From contig NC_092670.1 of the NCBI RefSeq assembly GCF_964355755.1, positions 5,508,201-5,572,200 of the forward strand: a stretch of 64,000 nt of DNA, given 5' to 3'. Under the pieces are notes generated by a model. The model saw only the letters and a list, made by a program, of their open reading frames with translations. It was not told the origin of the DNA and did no database searches. This DNA is from Antedon mediterranea. Taxonomy: Eukaryota; Animalia; Echinodermata. Positions 23,012 through 36,000 of this stretch are shown piece after piece. A program made the position numbers and the translations under genes. Position 1 is the stretch's first letter. Each line of letters starts with the position of its first letter.

Positions 23012-26000
23012 TCTTGTTGGATCTATCTGTGTGCAATCAGAAGACAAACCAATTCTCTTGCATTTCCATTAATAATGTAGACCCATAGAATACAGTAGAA
23101 GCTTCAAACAAATCTGAAATTAAAAATACTATAAATATTGGACACAATAATAACTTTATTTGAAAACGGAGAACTTGATCACATACTGTAGTACTAGTAG
23201 TGTTTTTAACAAGGCTGTTTCAGTACAAACTATTTACAGTACTGTACAAAAACTTGACAAATAAATGCAAAAGAAAAAAAAAACAATAACAAAACGAATA
23301 AGTAAACCACTTACAGTACGGTAGTCCAATTAACCCACACAGCACACTCCCCAATTCATTCCACCCTTTACTTTAGACTTTACAGAAGTGTGTAACTTAT
23401 AATCTCTTTAGTATCCTATGAGTGGGTAGAGTTTTACACAGTTCATTTTTACTAAAGAGTAAAGAAACTCCATAGAATTTGAATACTGTTGAAATAGAGA
23501 TTGACATTGTGAACTTACATCCTGGAAATAAAAGAAATATTTCAAAACACAAGAGCACTGTACTTTCATTCCAAATAATGTTTCCACTTAGTTTTTTTTT
23601 ACTAAAATCTACAATCATTCTTAAATTTCAATTCTGGTTTATTTAGGCCAGTAGACAGATGGCAATGTTTATTAACTTTTATAATGAATTTCAAAATGAC
23701 AGCATTAATACCTGTATCAACATTTGATAAATTTAAGTTTTGAATGGCTAGTATTAAATACGAATTGACAGAAACATTAAAGAATCTCCAAGTCTGGCTG
23801 TTTTGGCCAATTAATTGTGTACAGTTAATGATGAAAATGAAAGGCCACCATGCCTAATATGAGAAAAACCCAGCTCGCTTTTCATGTGGGTCATCAATTT
23901 GTCAATCATTAATGTTTTATTTCCTAAAATTAGCTCTTGATGTTCTGTAGGTAATACTAATAGTATTGTGAACCCTGCCAATGGTTTAATGCATGCTTGC
24001 CTGTGTCTGAGATGTAATACAGTGCAGTACAAACGTTTCCTTGATCTCTGTTGCAACAATGGCATACATAGAACTTAATATTGAACACCTTTATGTTTAA
24101 CAGTGTACAGTAGATTAGTATTATATTGTAAACACACACAGTTGAGATAATTAATAGTCAGGCTTCAGGGCATGAAACAAGAACAATAGGGTAAGTACTA
24201 AGTTTGAAAAGTTAAAAGATAAACTTAATGGATGACATTGACAATCAAGTGAAAATAGAAAGTCAGTTGGAATACCACAAACAGGAGTCACCAAACCACA
24301 AGGTTATTAACAGTACAGTAGCTGAATTGGAATATAATAAACAAAATAAAACAGACAAAATAAATTAATACAAAGCTGGAAATCCCTTCAGGGATCAACT
24401 CAATTTCTAGAAAATGGCCTTCTACATATTTAGGGATCACAAGACAGCAGTTTTAATAAGGAAAGTGACCAACTTCCTTGTTCCTTATGTGGGAGTCAAG
24501 GAATTCCTCAAAATCCCACACAAAAAAAGAGTATTTTATTGAAAATATTTTACAACCATTCATTTTGTTGAAATTTAAATAATATTTTTAACTTGTTTTT
24601 ATTTCACATACAGTAGTACTTACTAATGTATTAACTGTTCTTTTTACAGCATAAGATGTTTGTCACTGAATGATAAAGCGGGAGTCGACTAATGTATGAC
24701 ATTTATAAATATCTATATGATATTTAATATCCATAAAAAAATATTGTATGGTTGGTAGTGACAGCATATTGCAATGTAATAAAGGTGAGGGTATGAATTT
24801 AAAGGCAAAGTGTCAGTAGCATTACATAAAAAACAAAAACATTGTCACTAAAAATGCAAAAAGTTACAAACAAAATACTGTACTGTTTTGGATGGGCCAA
24901 CTTTCATTCAAAGTTTTATATTTAGCCTAAAGCTATAACAAGGCTTACCAGCATCATTTCAACCAACACCAAGGCATCCATAAAACCTCTGCTGGGTACC
25001 TTTTTAACTTACATCCCTGGCATTGCAATATTGTATCCTGGGAAAAGGCCAAAGGGAAATTCCAGTCTTTTACAGATTAGGGATATAAAAATAATATTTA
25101 AACAAATTAAATTTACTTCAAAATTGTTAAAAAAACTTAACACATAAGCCTGACATAAGTAATCTTCATTTGAACTATTTCATTAATTTATTACGTTATT
25201 TCCTGTAGATAATTACTCTTTTTATTACAAAAATGGTACTTTTTTACAGCAATTACTGTATCCCATTTTTAATGTACAGTAATTATGATAACTTTTTCAT
25301 GGAAAATCGCAGCAGCCTTTTGGAGAGGGATTTTAGAATTGGGCATTTTTGGAAGTTTCTCAGTGAATCATAACAAACAATAAAAGACCATGACCTTTGC
25401 TCTAAATCCATTTATCAATAGTTCAATATTGGGTGGTGTTTATCTTCTGTTGCAACATCAGCATTCACATGCACAGTCTACATGTGCTGTACATGTACAC
25501 GTTAAAAGATACTACTCTACTGTACCCCACTTTCCCATTAGAGCAACAAAGTCAACTGCACTATTGGTAGTAAAGTTAAAAAGTCGTTCCTAATATAAAT
25601 GTTAAAAATAGTCAATCTATTTCTAAAATAACTAAATCTAACCATCTAAATAATTCACTCTCAACTACTACAGTACTACTATTTTAAAAGAAAAACATTA
25701 AAAAATAAACATTTTTAATGCAGAGAATCAATCCAGCAACCCCTAGGCTAGGGCCATAGCAGGGCTGCAAATTAACTTTTTCAATTGGTAGCACCAACAA
25801 TTTTTTTAGTTCATTGACAACTAGCCTAACCCCCCAAACCAACGGCGCAGATTCATTTTTAGTAGTCGTAGTGGGGTGTATAAAAATGAAATACTTTGCG
25901 AGCAACCTTTTAGGCTGGGGGCCAGGGGTTATTTATAGGTTGTTTCAATCGATTTCTGAGCTGAGCACATAAAAATTCCGCCCAGAAGAATGCAATTATT

Positions 26001-26511
26001 CTGGGTTACGCACTTTTTTTTAAGGCACTGGTCCTGATGCGCCACTGAACTGGTTTATTCACAAAAGATTTATTCTTCTTACTGTACGTAGCCTCGTAAT
26101 TTCCATTTATAATTTCTGAGGCTATGTACCACACCCACCCAGCTACCACCACCACTCTAGCAGTAGTATAAAAAAAACCAATTAATTTGCAATTCAAACA
26201 AGAAAGTTTAGAAAGAAGAGTAAACCACGATATCATCAGTGTAATTCATACATCTTGTCCAGGCATATGAATTATGATGATGACTAGGCCTAGCCCTACT
26301 ACTAGCCCACGACCTAAAGTATAAGTCTCGGCGTATGATAGCCCTCAGAGAGAGCCACTCCTACCGCCGATCCAAACATCGATCCCCTGTGCACACCGGT
26401 TTAAAAAAACAGGATCAATAAATCTCTTGCCTAGCAGCTAGGCGGCGGGCTGCTCTGTGTTTTGTACACTGACTTATCCTACATTGCGAACACCGTCAGC
26501 ATAAAACATAC

Positions 26512-27110
26512 CTTTAAACCTTGTTAGCTGTACAATATTTTGTTAATTCATCTTATTGGATCCTAGCTGCTAACTCCTTACTCTTCAAATTAATTGAAAT
26601 AAATCGATACTTTGATACTATTTACAAAAACCATAGTGGACACTCCTCTCTCTCACACACTCCGCCGCCGCGACAACAAAACACCACACAGACAGAATTC
26701 GTAATTTTTTTCCATCAATATGATGACGTCATTATATTACCTTTAACCTTTGCGAGATAAATTCTGAAATAATTTAATTAAATATTTGTTTGTGAAATGA
26801 AAAATAAATAAATATGTTGAATAGATAAATTATAAATGTGTGTAGCATTATACCAATTTTATAATATAAAATGCGTTTACGTATATTACAAACGATATTA
26901 TTTGAAAATACACTTGTTTTTAAATACGTTATACAGTATCACCGGTGATGGCGCTATATTTGTAAACAAAACCTGCGAAAACCACACCAACCAACCGGCG
27001 GCAGTACAAAAAACACATTACGAAATGCAGTTTATACTGATCTTTTTTGTACCATTAGAAAAGTAACATGTATATACTGTATAACTATATTAGTACCCGT
27101 AACGTTTAAA
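26512..27110. promoter_or_regulatory. Putative bidirectional promoter and non-coding first exons of PI4KB (-) and SLFNL1 (+)
   Basis: The genes diverge. Minus-strand donor AAAG|GTATGT at 26512/26511 and plus-strand donor AAA|GTAAGT at 27110/27111. CpG-enriched patches and a palindromic CRE TGACGTCA at 26724-26731. Confidence 0.55.
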
Positions 27111-27772
27111 GTAAGTCGAGTCGAAATTTTTAATATTTGTTTACATTTATTTTAGGCTAATAGGGCCTATGCCTACTATCTAACTAAAACTAGCTAGCTA
27201 GGCTAGGCCTTCTACTCCCCTGCCTGGTAGGAGGCGGCCTAACTACACTAGATAAAGCTAGATTAGTATAGTAGAAGTGCATATAGGCCTAGTAGGCTAG
27301 CCTAGTATTGATTTAGCTAGAGCCTAGAGTACTACTGTACTAACTAAAACTCTAAATATAAAAAGAGTTGACAGGATTAAATTTGGTAGATTTTTTCATT
27401 TGGTTTGCCTTTTGTTGTAATATTGGCCGAAACATCAATAATAGTTAACAAGCATCCATTATAGTATATAAAGATGGTTATTAAACAGCCTAGAAATTGT
27501 ATAAAAGTGTTCCAACTTTTTTTACACAAAGCAGGTTCACAGAAGATGCCACAGTCATCACTTATGACTTATGTGTGTTTTTTGTTAAAATCTTTATCTG
27601 TGATTTGTCTGTATGTATAGATAAAATTATTTATCTTCTGTCCTTCATACATAATGATGTTTTTAAGTGCAATTTTAAATTAAATATACTGATATTATGG
27701 AGTGTTATCAATCATTCATTTTGAGACAATTTGTATTCTCTATCTTCCTATAGAAACATTTTTTCTGTATTG

Positions 27773-30700
27773 ATGGCTGGACCATGTGCAGTGTTTATGG
27801 GAAACCTAAATGATGAATGTACTAAAAGTGAAGTTTGCTCGATGATTGTGTATGTGTTTAATGAGGTGTTAGGCATCAACATAAAGAAGGACAATGTCAA
27901 TGTTTCCCTTTCATATCATAGCAATTGTTTCACTGCAACAATTTTCGTACGAAACGAAATCTATCAGAAATTGGTGGTGGAAAGTCTGGATCAGACCATG
28001 GTTCCTTCCAGATTGATCAAGAAAGGACGACGATTAAGAATCGACTATTTTCATGCAGGCCATGAAAAAACCAAATTCGCAAATGACTCCATTTTGAGTA
28101 ATGAACAAGATAAATATAGTCAGAATCATGATGAATTTAAGGTGGTAAATTACAGAAAACGAATGCGTCGGAAAAGAAAGAAAACAGCGGATAGTCAAGC
28201 GAGTACATTATCTGTACAGAATGTTGCTGCTGTAAATGGTGTTAAAATAACAAAAGATCACCACAGTTCAAATCCATCTGGTGATGACCAAAGAATACAT
28301 AGCAAAACTTTCAGCAATAAAATCAACAGGTTAGATTTTGTTTCAGACCAGCTTGATAAAGTGGACTACCTTATTAAAGGTCAACAACTTGGAAACGAAA
28401 ATCGTATGATGGAATTCAAACGTGGTGGTGGTGACTACCTTAAGAAAGTTCTCAAGACACATGTTGGAAAGTACATTAGTGGGTTTTTAAACAGTAGTGG
28501 AGGAACACTTCTTGTTGGTGTAGATGATAAAGGTTTGTTTGTACAACAGTACTTACTAACAGTATTATACAATTCTACAAAAACTTGATAACCTGGCTGG
28601 TTGAGGTGGCTATCAGCACAGTTAAAAATACCAACAATTGCACAACAGTCAACCATGCATTACCATTTTTTCTATCAGCACATCAGCATAAGGTTACTGA
28701 ATGTATCCTCTTGCATATTACATCAATATTTTTGCATTTTAACAGCAATTGAAGAGTCCATTTTTACCACATCCATGTTACAATTTATTTTTTTCTTGCT
28801 AATTTTGTTGAAATTGTCTTTTTCACTGCAGGCTTTGTACAGGGAGTCTCTTTAGAACACAAAGAAGAGGATCTTGTTAGAATTGCCATTGATGAAATCA
28901 TCAATGCAATGGAACCTGCTGTACCACCAAATGTTTACTCAATTTCATTTATTCCCGTTAGAGATGATAGAACATGTGAGTGTCCAGACTTCCCAAGTCT
29001 CCCGATAATTGTGACAGGTTCCCAAAAAATGGTCTACAGTATGAAAAAAACATTCTGATAATATATATATATTATTTATCTTCTACTAAATGCCCGAGTT
29101 CAAGATCCAAGAAAATGTTATTGTCTGTATAAATAAAATAAATATACAGAAATTTGTGGTTCTCGGCAATAAAAGTTATATAACATTGTAAAAAATGACA
29201 CACAATAACAATCAAACATCACAGACACATAAAAGGTAGCAATAAAAAGTCATTAAAAGTATATTTAAACAATTGAAATTTGCTTTAAAATGTAAGCCTA
29301 CCGTTACAATTACATTTGATATAAAACTATGAATGCTATTTGTCACAATCAAGTATCAATTTCTACAAAATAATATTCTCATGGCAAAAGTCTGATTCCA
29401 GATCTATTTTAAATCTAATCTAACTAAAATATAAAATACGTTTCCCAAACTAAATTTTCAATCTTTGTCTGGAATGCACTTGACATCTGTTCCCGCATCT
29501 GTTGTTTCTATAAAAGCAGATGCTTGTAATAATTTTTGTTTTCCAATTTTTAAAACACCCTAGAGCATTGTTTGGCTATATTTAATAAATATGTTTCATA
29601 AATTCTCTAGATGTTTCACTTTTTCAAGTTGAGACCTCTGCAATGACATGTACTGTTATCTTCAACGTGGAAGCCCTTATTGCACAAATAAATAATCCTA
29701 ATAGTACAGTAATAATCCTTGAGGCTGAACAAATTACTAAAACTTTGTTGACATTACTGTATGTACACATTACTAGATAGTGTAACCACATTGTTTTTTG
29801 CTTTTAGGCAATTTAAAAGTAATCAAAATCACTGTAAGTGCTGGTACAACTACGATGTTGTACTCAAGTCCAAGTGGAGATGTGTTTATCAGACGTGATG
29901 GCAGCCTACAGGGACCTCTTAAAGGAAAAGATCTTCAAGAAATGTTTCACATGGTAGGACATTTTTCCATTCTATCTTTGTTTATTGTTCACAGATAATA
30001 AAGTTGTTTTATTGACCGCAATTAAAGATCACATTTGTTGAGGATCACATGAAGTCCACATACTTTATACTAGTAGTCAGATTTTTTTTCATTTTTTTCT
30101 TTTAACTTTTATGTGCTGCTGGTTTTCTGTTAACTTGCCATTCATGGTTTATATTATTCCCTATGCAAAAGTTAAGTTTGTTTATATGTCTACACCTGTT
30201 TTGAAATACAATACACCATGGAGAAAATGAAATAGAAACACTGCAGAATTGTACTATAGTACATTGAATAATGATTTGATAATTACAGTAGTTGTTAGTG
30301 GTTATGAAGTGACATCCTACTATAATACATGATACATGTTAATAACATTTCATACCACAAGGGGACAGGGATGGTGAATCCATTTGGATTTAAACACAAA
30401 AGTCAAGAATGAATGTTGGTGGCTTAAATCTTTCATAATCTTTTATAATACCATGTACAGTGGCATTAGATTTATGTACAGTACCTACTGTGTACAGTAG
30501 TATGCAGGGAAAAATTTCATTTGAAAATTTTGTTTAGCAAAATTGATTTTTTAGTCAAGAAACATAGTTTTGTATTGTATTTTTTGCTACACAATTGTAG
30601 AAATGTGTAGCAAAAAGGTTGTTTTGTATAGCTTTTTGCTATGCTACACTGGCGAAATTATTCCCTGGTATGTCCATTGTATGATGTGCATAAAGGAAAA

Positions 30701-30904
30701 CAAAATATATTTTTTCTCTAGTATGCTGTAACACAATTGTTTTTTTATTAGAAAATTGAGGAAGATTATGAGAAGAAAGAAGCAGATCTTAGAAAACAAA
30801 TTGATATTCTGGAGAGACAACTGGAAGATGTTAGTTTAGGTCACACTAGTACAAGTTCAGGGCAAACTAAAGGTAACAAGTCAGTAGTTTGTATAATTAT
30901 ATGA
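27773..30904 (+). CDS. SLFNL1: Schlafen-like 1 type protein (RRM-like + AlbA_2 + coiled coil + CaaX), ~400 aa. Exons 27773-28532, 28832-28975, 29808-29953, 30752-30904
   Basis: In-frame GT-AG exons total 1203 nt. Motifs LGNENRMMEFKRGGGDYL...KYISGFLNSSGGTLLVGVDDKGFVQG, YSISFIPV and GDVFIRRDGSLQGPL match SLFNL1/AlbA_2. N-terminal VFMGNLN is RNP2-like; the protein ends SVVCIII*. AATAAA near 31008. Confidence 0.92.
29098..29660 (-). mobile_element. Degenerate LINE 3' remnant in an SLFNL1 intron
   Basis: Tail-like caagatccaagaaaatgttattgtc also occurs near 14630 and 30945, followed by decayed coding-like sequence on the minus strand. Confidence 0.35.
30505..30667. mobile_element. hAT5-like MITE, copy 2
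   Basis: CAGGGAAAAATTT...AAATTATTCCCTG with an exact 5-bp TSD GTATG (30500-30504 and 30668-30672). Confidence 0.85.
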
Positions 30905-32699
30905 CGTTTGTGTCAACTAGCAGTGGTAAACTCAGGAATTCTGGATTCAAGAAATTGTATTGGTCTACTTAAAATGGAAATTCATTTTGCTTGGAATAAT
31001 CAAGACAATAAAACATCAAATTGCAAGAATGGTCATTCTGATTTGACAAGCCACAGGAACAATGTACATAACGAGGTTTGCTGAATAGCCATATGGAATT
31101 GTCATCAGTTATTTATCTTCCAGTCTAACAGCAGGGAAAGTAACTTATAAAGATTATAAATATCGATAAGATGTGCATGTACACATTTTTTTCTTAGGCC
31201 TTAGTTGATTTGTTTTGATACTAAAAGAAATAGATTTTTGTATAAAGAAGACAATTTGAGGTTCTGAGTAAAAGAAGTAGTAGATGGAAAGGGAAGAAAT
31301 GACCTAAATACTGAGGCCATCAAACAGTAGGGAGTATTTGGGCTACCATTTATTTATAGTTATTCCAGGATTTCTGTTATTTAAACGTCTGAAGCAGTTT
31401 CTGAAAAGAAATAATGTAGTTTGTTTAAAGCGTTTCATGGCAATTGTACATACTGTATTTATAAGTGTTATTTTAACACATATATTTTTACACAAATGTA
31501 AATATTCAATACATAAACATAGGAAGTTGGTGCTCTTTTTAAACTTACCTAAATATTTTAATTAGATAGTTATGTAAAAGAAATGCCCAGTAAATAGCTA
31601 CAAATGACTCCATCAAATTGTGACAAAGACAATCCAGACTAGGATTCCAATTCCCTTTTCCTCCTGGCGGAGGTTGCAACTCTTGTTTTGACAGTTATTG
31701 GTTGGATGGCTTATAAAGTTGATGAAAGTGAATTAAACTATTTTTATACATTCCCCCAGTAGTGGGCGCGATTGCGATCAAGAAAGAGTATTTTTTAATT
31801 CCATTTTGATAACCATCTGTAGGTCTTACATTTGGTGTAGTAATTTATGTTACGTTTATGTTGTAGTTCTGCAGGACATATGTTTGCCACAGCATGTGGT
31901 GTAGATTGATAGATCATGATACATTCTAGCCTTTATTTAAATTCTTATTTTCATTGGCCATTTGTATGATATGTTTAATTGTTCTATTCATTTTTTAGAG
32001 GATTCGTTTAGGATAGGACAATCTGATAATGCGTTTATTCTCTCTCTCTCCTCCCTTCAAATAATATTCATACTTTACAGATTCAAATTTGTTTCCAATT
32101 ACTGTATCGGATACCAACTAAATTGGTAATCCTTATCCTACAAATATCTTCTCAAGACAAATACAAATTTAGATTTAATATTCGTAGTAAAATAAACTAC
32201 CACAACATATCTACAATTGCTAGGTGTCTTCAACATTACATGACCAGCTGGTGTTAAAGGATAGAGGACAATTTCTAAAGCCAGCGATCTGGTTCTGAGC
32301 ATTCATAACGTAAACTGAAAAAGCATTTTTTTTTTCAAGAACTAGAGACCTACTTGTTTAAAAAAACTTGTTTGTTTGACAGGCAAGAGTTATAATTTTG
32401 ATTTGTAATTTAAAAATATAATTTGACTTAATATACAGATATTTTGATACGAGTAGTTTCAAAAACTCTTTTGAAATTTTTCTGGTTCTCTAATCCAGTT
32501 TCTCGTACGTAATACCCTTTTGTGCAGTATTTGCTTGATCAGTTATTAATATTATATTGAATACGATTATAGGATTACCTTCCTCTCACAATTAAAATGA
32601 TTGTACTTGAAGCACAGTTGATATTTTTTAAGGAATTAAGGTTTCAATTCCTCATTTAACATTTTCTTACTTAGCAATGCAGTCTTTGTGTGCACTTTA

Positions 32700-35400
32700 T
32701 TCGCTGGCTCACTTGTTAGCGTAACCAGTAATTTCACAAATCCAAGCACATGCACTGTATCAGTTCCTTAGGATATGTCATCGGTTTGATTGACGCCTTT
32801 CGTAAAGTTTCTTTGACAAAATATCGATTAGAGATTGTCTTAGCAGTATTCACTAGATTTTATTTTGCTAGCTGTTGTAATTTCCCTTTCGTATCTGCCG
32901 TTAGTACGTACAGCTTTTCTGAGTATTTGGCATTCTGTTTGCAGCGTTTACACTCCAACAGCTGAGTTTTATCCCGTAGTGGTATATCAGGAAACCTGTT
33001 CATCCACCATTTATGTGACACTAATGGAAACATGTGATCCTGAGCTTCTATGACATTCATGTTATTTTACATTTGATGAGCCACTTGTTACCAATAAGTT
33101 TGAGTATTTCTTCTGCACCCTTAACATTTTTCTTGTGGAACTTGTCAAACATGGCAAACGTCTCACATTTTCCAGTTACAAGATGTCATTTTTCGTTGGA
33201 CCTTGGACGAGCATTTAATTGGACTTTGCAAGATCGATGTTTTCAATTGTCGGATCAGCCATTTAGGTGGAAAAACTGGGTCTGTTTGATTGATGTAAAT
33301 GGTTTGCAACTTTAGCAACAATGTGGGACATACTATCATGTTTTGCTTGTGTTTTATGGTCTTACAATCTACTCTTTTGTTGGTATCATCATCATTTTGT
33401 GGACTGCAAAGATTAGAAACTGGAATTCTGAAATGTATTTTTCGATCCATGAATGATTATAATGGTAGGATAATCGCCACACATGGGACAATTCTTCTTC
33501 TTCTTGGCATGTTCCTTTTCTGTTAAGGCTTTGAATGCTTGAAAACAAAAAGTTTGTCAAGATCAATCGAAAGAACGTCTTATCTGTTTTACAACACTCC
33601 CTATTGCTACATGATGATTCACTCCCGCACTGATCCAGGAACAAACGTCAAAACCAAGAAAAATGAGTCGTTGAAGTTAAAGACACCTTTGATGTTCCCT
33701 TTAATAGGTTGTCAAGGTACGTTCAGTGCATTTCTTTACATATACTGGTACAAAATGCGTTCCTGTCATTAAGCAGTCTGGACTTTCTTAGCATACATAT
33801 ATGTTGTTCCAATTGGACCTTGTATTTATAACAGGCATTTTTTGAGATAGTACTAATTCAGTTGGTCAATAATTGTTTTTGCAGGAACTGATTGAATAGT
33901 TCCGGAATTCTTTTATTGGTGTGTATATAAATGTTGTATCTTTAGCAACTGAATCTCTCGGCGTTGTTTTCACTCCTAGATCAATTTCTTCACAATCATC
34001 GTTCTTTTCGCTTTCGTGGTCATTTATGTTCTTGATTTGTGTTGCTTTCAGGATAAGGTCGTCTTGGTCCATGCGCTAAAAACACATGGCCTTGTGAACT
34101 ACAATATACATTGCTTGTCTTTCAAATGTGCATGCAACTCTCTTAAACCTCTTGTAATACCCGGTGTCACCATCATAGACTGATAGATGGGCTTTACCAG
34201 ATATAAAAGATAGTAGTGAGTTAAGTTTTGTTATCAGTAATTCCAGAGACTGCTTCTATGACATTCATGTTATTTTACATTTGATTAGACACTTGTTACC
34301 AATAAGCTTGAGTATTTCTTCTGCACCCTTTAGCATTTTTCTCGTGGAACTTGGCAAACGTCTCACATCTTCCAGTTACAAAATGGCATTTTTCGTTGGA
34401 CCTTGGACGAGCATTTAATTTGACTTTGCAAGATCGATGTGTTCAATTGTCGGATCAGCCATTTAGGTGGAAAAACTGGATCTGTTTGATCGATGTAGTG
34501 AAAATTGTTTGCAACTTTAGCAACAATGTTGGACATACTACCTTGTTGTGCTTGTGTTTTAAGGTCTTACAATCTACTCTTTTGTTGGTATCATCATAAT
34601 TTTGTGGTCTGCAAAGATTAGAAACTGGAATTCTGAAATGTATTTTTCGATCAACGTCCATGCGTCCATGAATGATTATAATGGTAGGATAATCGCCACA
34701 CATGGCACAATTCTTCTTCTTGGCATGTTCCTTTTCTGTTAAGGCTTCGAATGCTTGAAAACAAGATGTTTGTCAAGATCAATCGAAAAAACTTCTGATA
34801 TCTGTTTTAAGACACTCCATATCCTACATGATGATTCACTCCCGCACTGAGCCAGGAACAAACGTCCAAAACCAAGAAAAACGAGTCATTGAAGTTGAAG
34901 AAACCTTCGATGTTCCATATAATAGGTTGTCAAGGTACATTCAGTGCATTTCTTTACATATACTGGTACAAAGTGCGTTCCTGTCATTGTAAGCAGTCTG
35001 GAATTTCTTAGCATACGTATATGTTGTTCCAATTGGACCTTGTATTTATGACAGGCATTTTCAGATAGTACTAATTCAGTTGGTCAATAATTGTTTTTGC
35101 GTGAACTAATTGAATAGTTCTGGAATTTTTTTATCGGTGTATATATAATGTTGTATCTTTAGCAACTGAATCTGTAGGCCTTTTCTTCACTCCTGAATCA
35201 AGTTCTTCACCATCACCGTTCCTTTCGCTTTCGTGGTTATCTATGTTCTTGATTTGTGATGCTTTCAAGATAAGGTCATCTTGGACCATGTGCAAAAAAA
35301 AAACACATGGCCACAAAGTAAAACTTGAGTTTGAAGCAATCACATTGCTTGTTTTTGCATCAAATGTGCATGCAACTCTCTTAAACCTCTTGTAATACCC
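32700..35400 (-). mobile_element. Decayed KDZ (Kyakuja/Zisupton, HMGXB3-like CxC) transposon, partly tandem-duplicated
   Basis: Minus-strand fragments GVFNFNDSFFLVL and AFEALTEKEH...NCAMCGDYPTII...MDVDRKIHFRIPVSNL resemble CxC5/KDZ proteins. Many frameshifts. Confidence 0.6.
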
Positions 35401-35873
35401 GGTGTCACCATTATAAACTGATACTGTAGATGGGTGTATTGACTACTCCTATGATAGGCCACTGGAACTTGTCCACCAATTACAGCCGCATCTCTATTGT
35501 CTTTCTAAAAAATACTTGTAAGATCCATCTTCGGACAGACTGGTAAGTACATATTCCTCCAGGCTAGTAAATGCATTGAGCTCGTTGTAATAGCCCAAGG
35601 TGGATAGAGCTTCGTAAAAATTCTCTAAATCATCTGAGAACTCGAACAGTTTTGAGTTTTGACGAATCAACCTTGGCACAATTCATCACCTTGCCTACCA
35701 GGCTTGACCAATAACCGATGTGTTTCCGAACATCTCCTTCAATGTCTTGCCCTCCGACTGGTGACCTTTACTTTTAAGACACAATACTGAATGGCCTCTA
35801 AAGCTTTACCAGATAATAAAGATACAGTAGCAGTGAGTTAAGTTTTGTTATCAATAATTCCAGTAACTGTGTT
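33044..35873. repeat. ~1.2-kb tandem duplication (copy A 33044-34251, copy B 34252-~35873)
   Basis: Both copies start gcttctatgacattcatg and align throughout. Copy B retains ~370 bp (about 35435-35802) that copy A lacks. Confidence 0.92.
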
Positions 35874-36000
35874 GTTAAAGGAAGTAATGAACGCATTATA
35901 AAATAATGGATCACCTTGATAATTGCTTAATCTTGGTACGTGGTAAAGGCAATGCCTTAAAAAACCCAACCATATCTGTATTAGATACATTTTCATTAGG
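35480..36000 (-). mobile_element. BEL/Pao gag (DUF1759) fragment
   Basis: VPRLSNYQGDPLFYNAFITSFNNTV...GKALEAIQYC...EMFGN...LFEFSDDLENFYEALSTLGYYNELN. Confidence 0.75.

Noticed and set aside
23012-23047. TTG start of the ORF-track entry 22472..23047
   Set aside because: Eukaryotic gene with an in-frame stop just upstream. The first in-frame ATG at 23011 was used instead.
27160-27340. Clusters of TAGGCCTA/CTAG palindromes
   Set aside because: The motif recurs throughout the window, especially near promoters and MITEs, and looks like a compositional feature of this genome.
31650-32690. Coding-like decayed sequence downstream of SLFNL1
   Set aside because: Probably further TE remnants, but no motif could be assigned, so it was not counted in the strand-bias tally.
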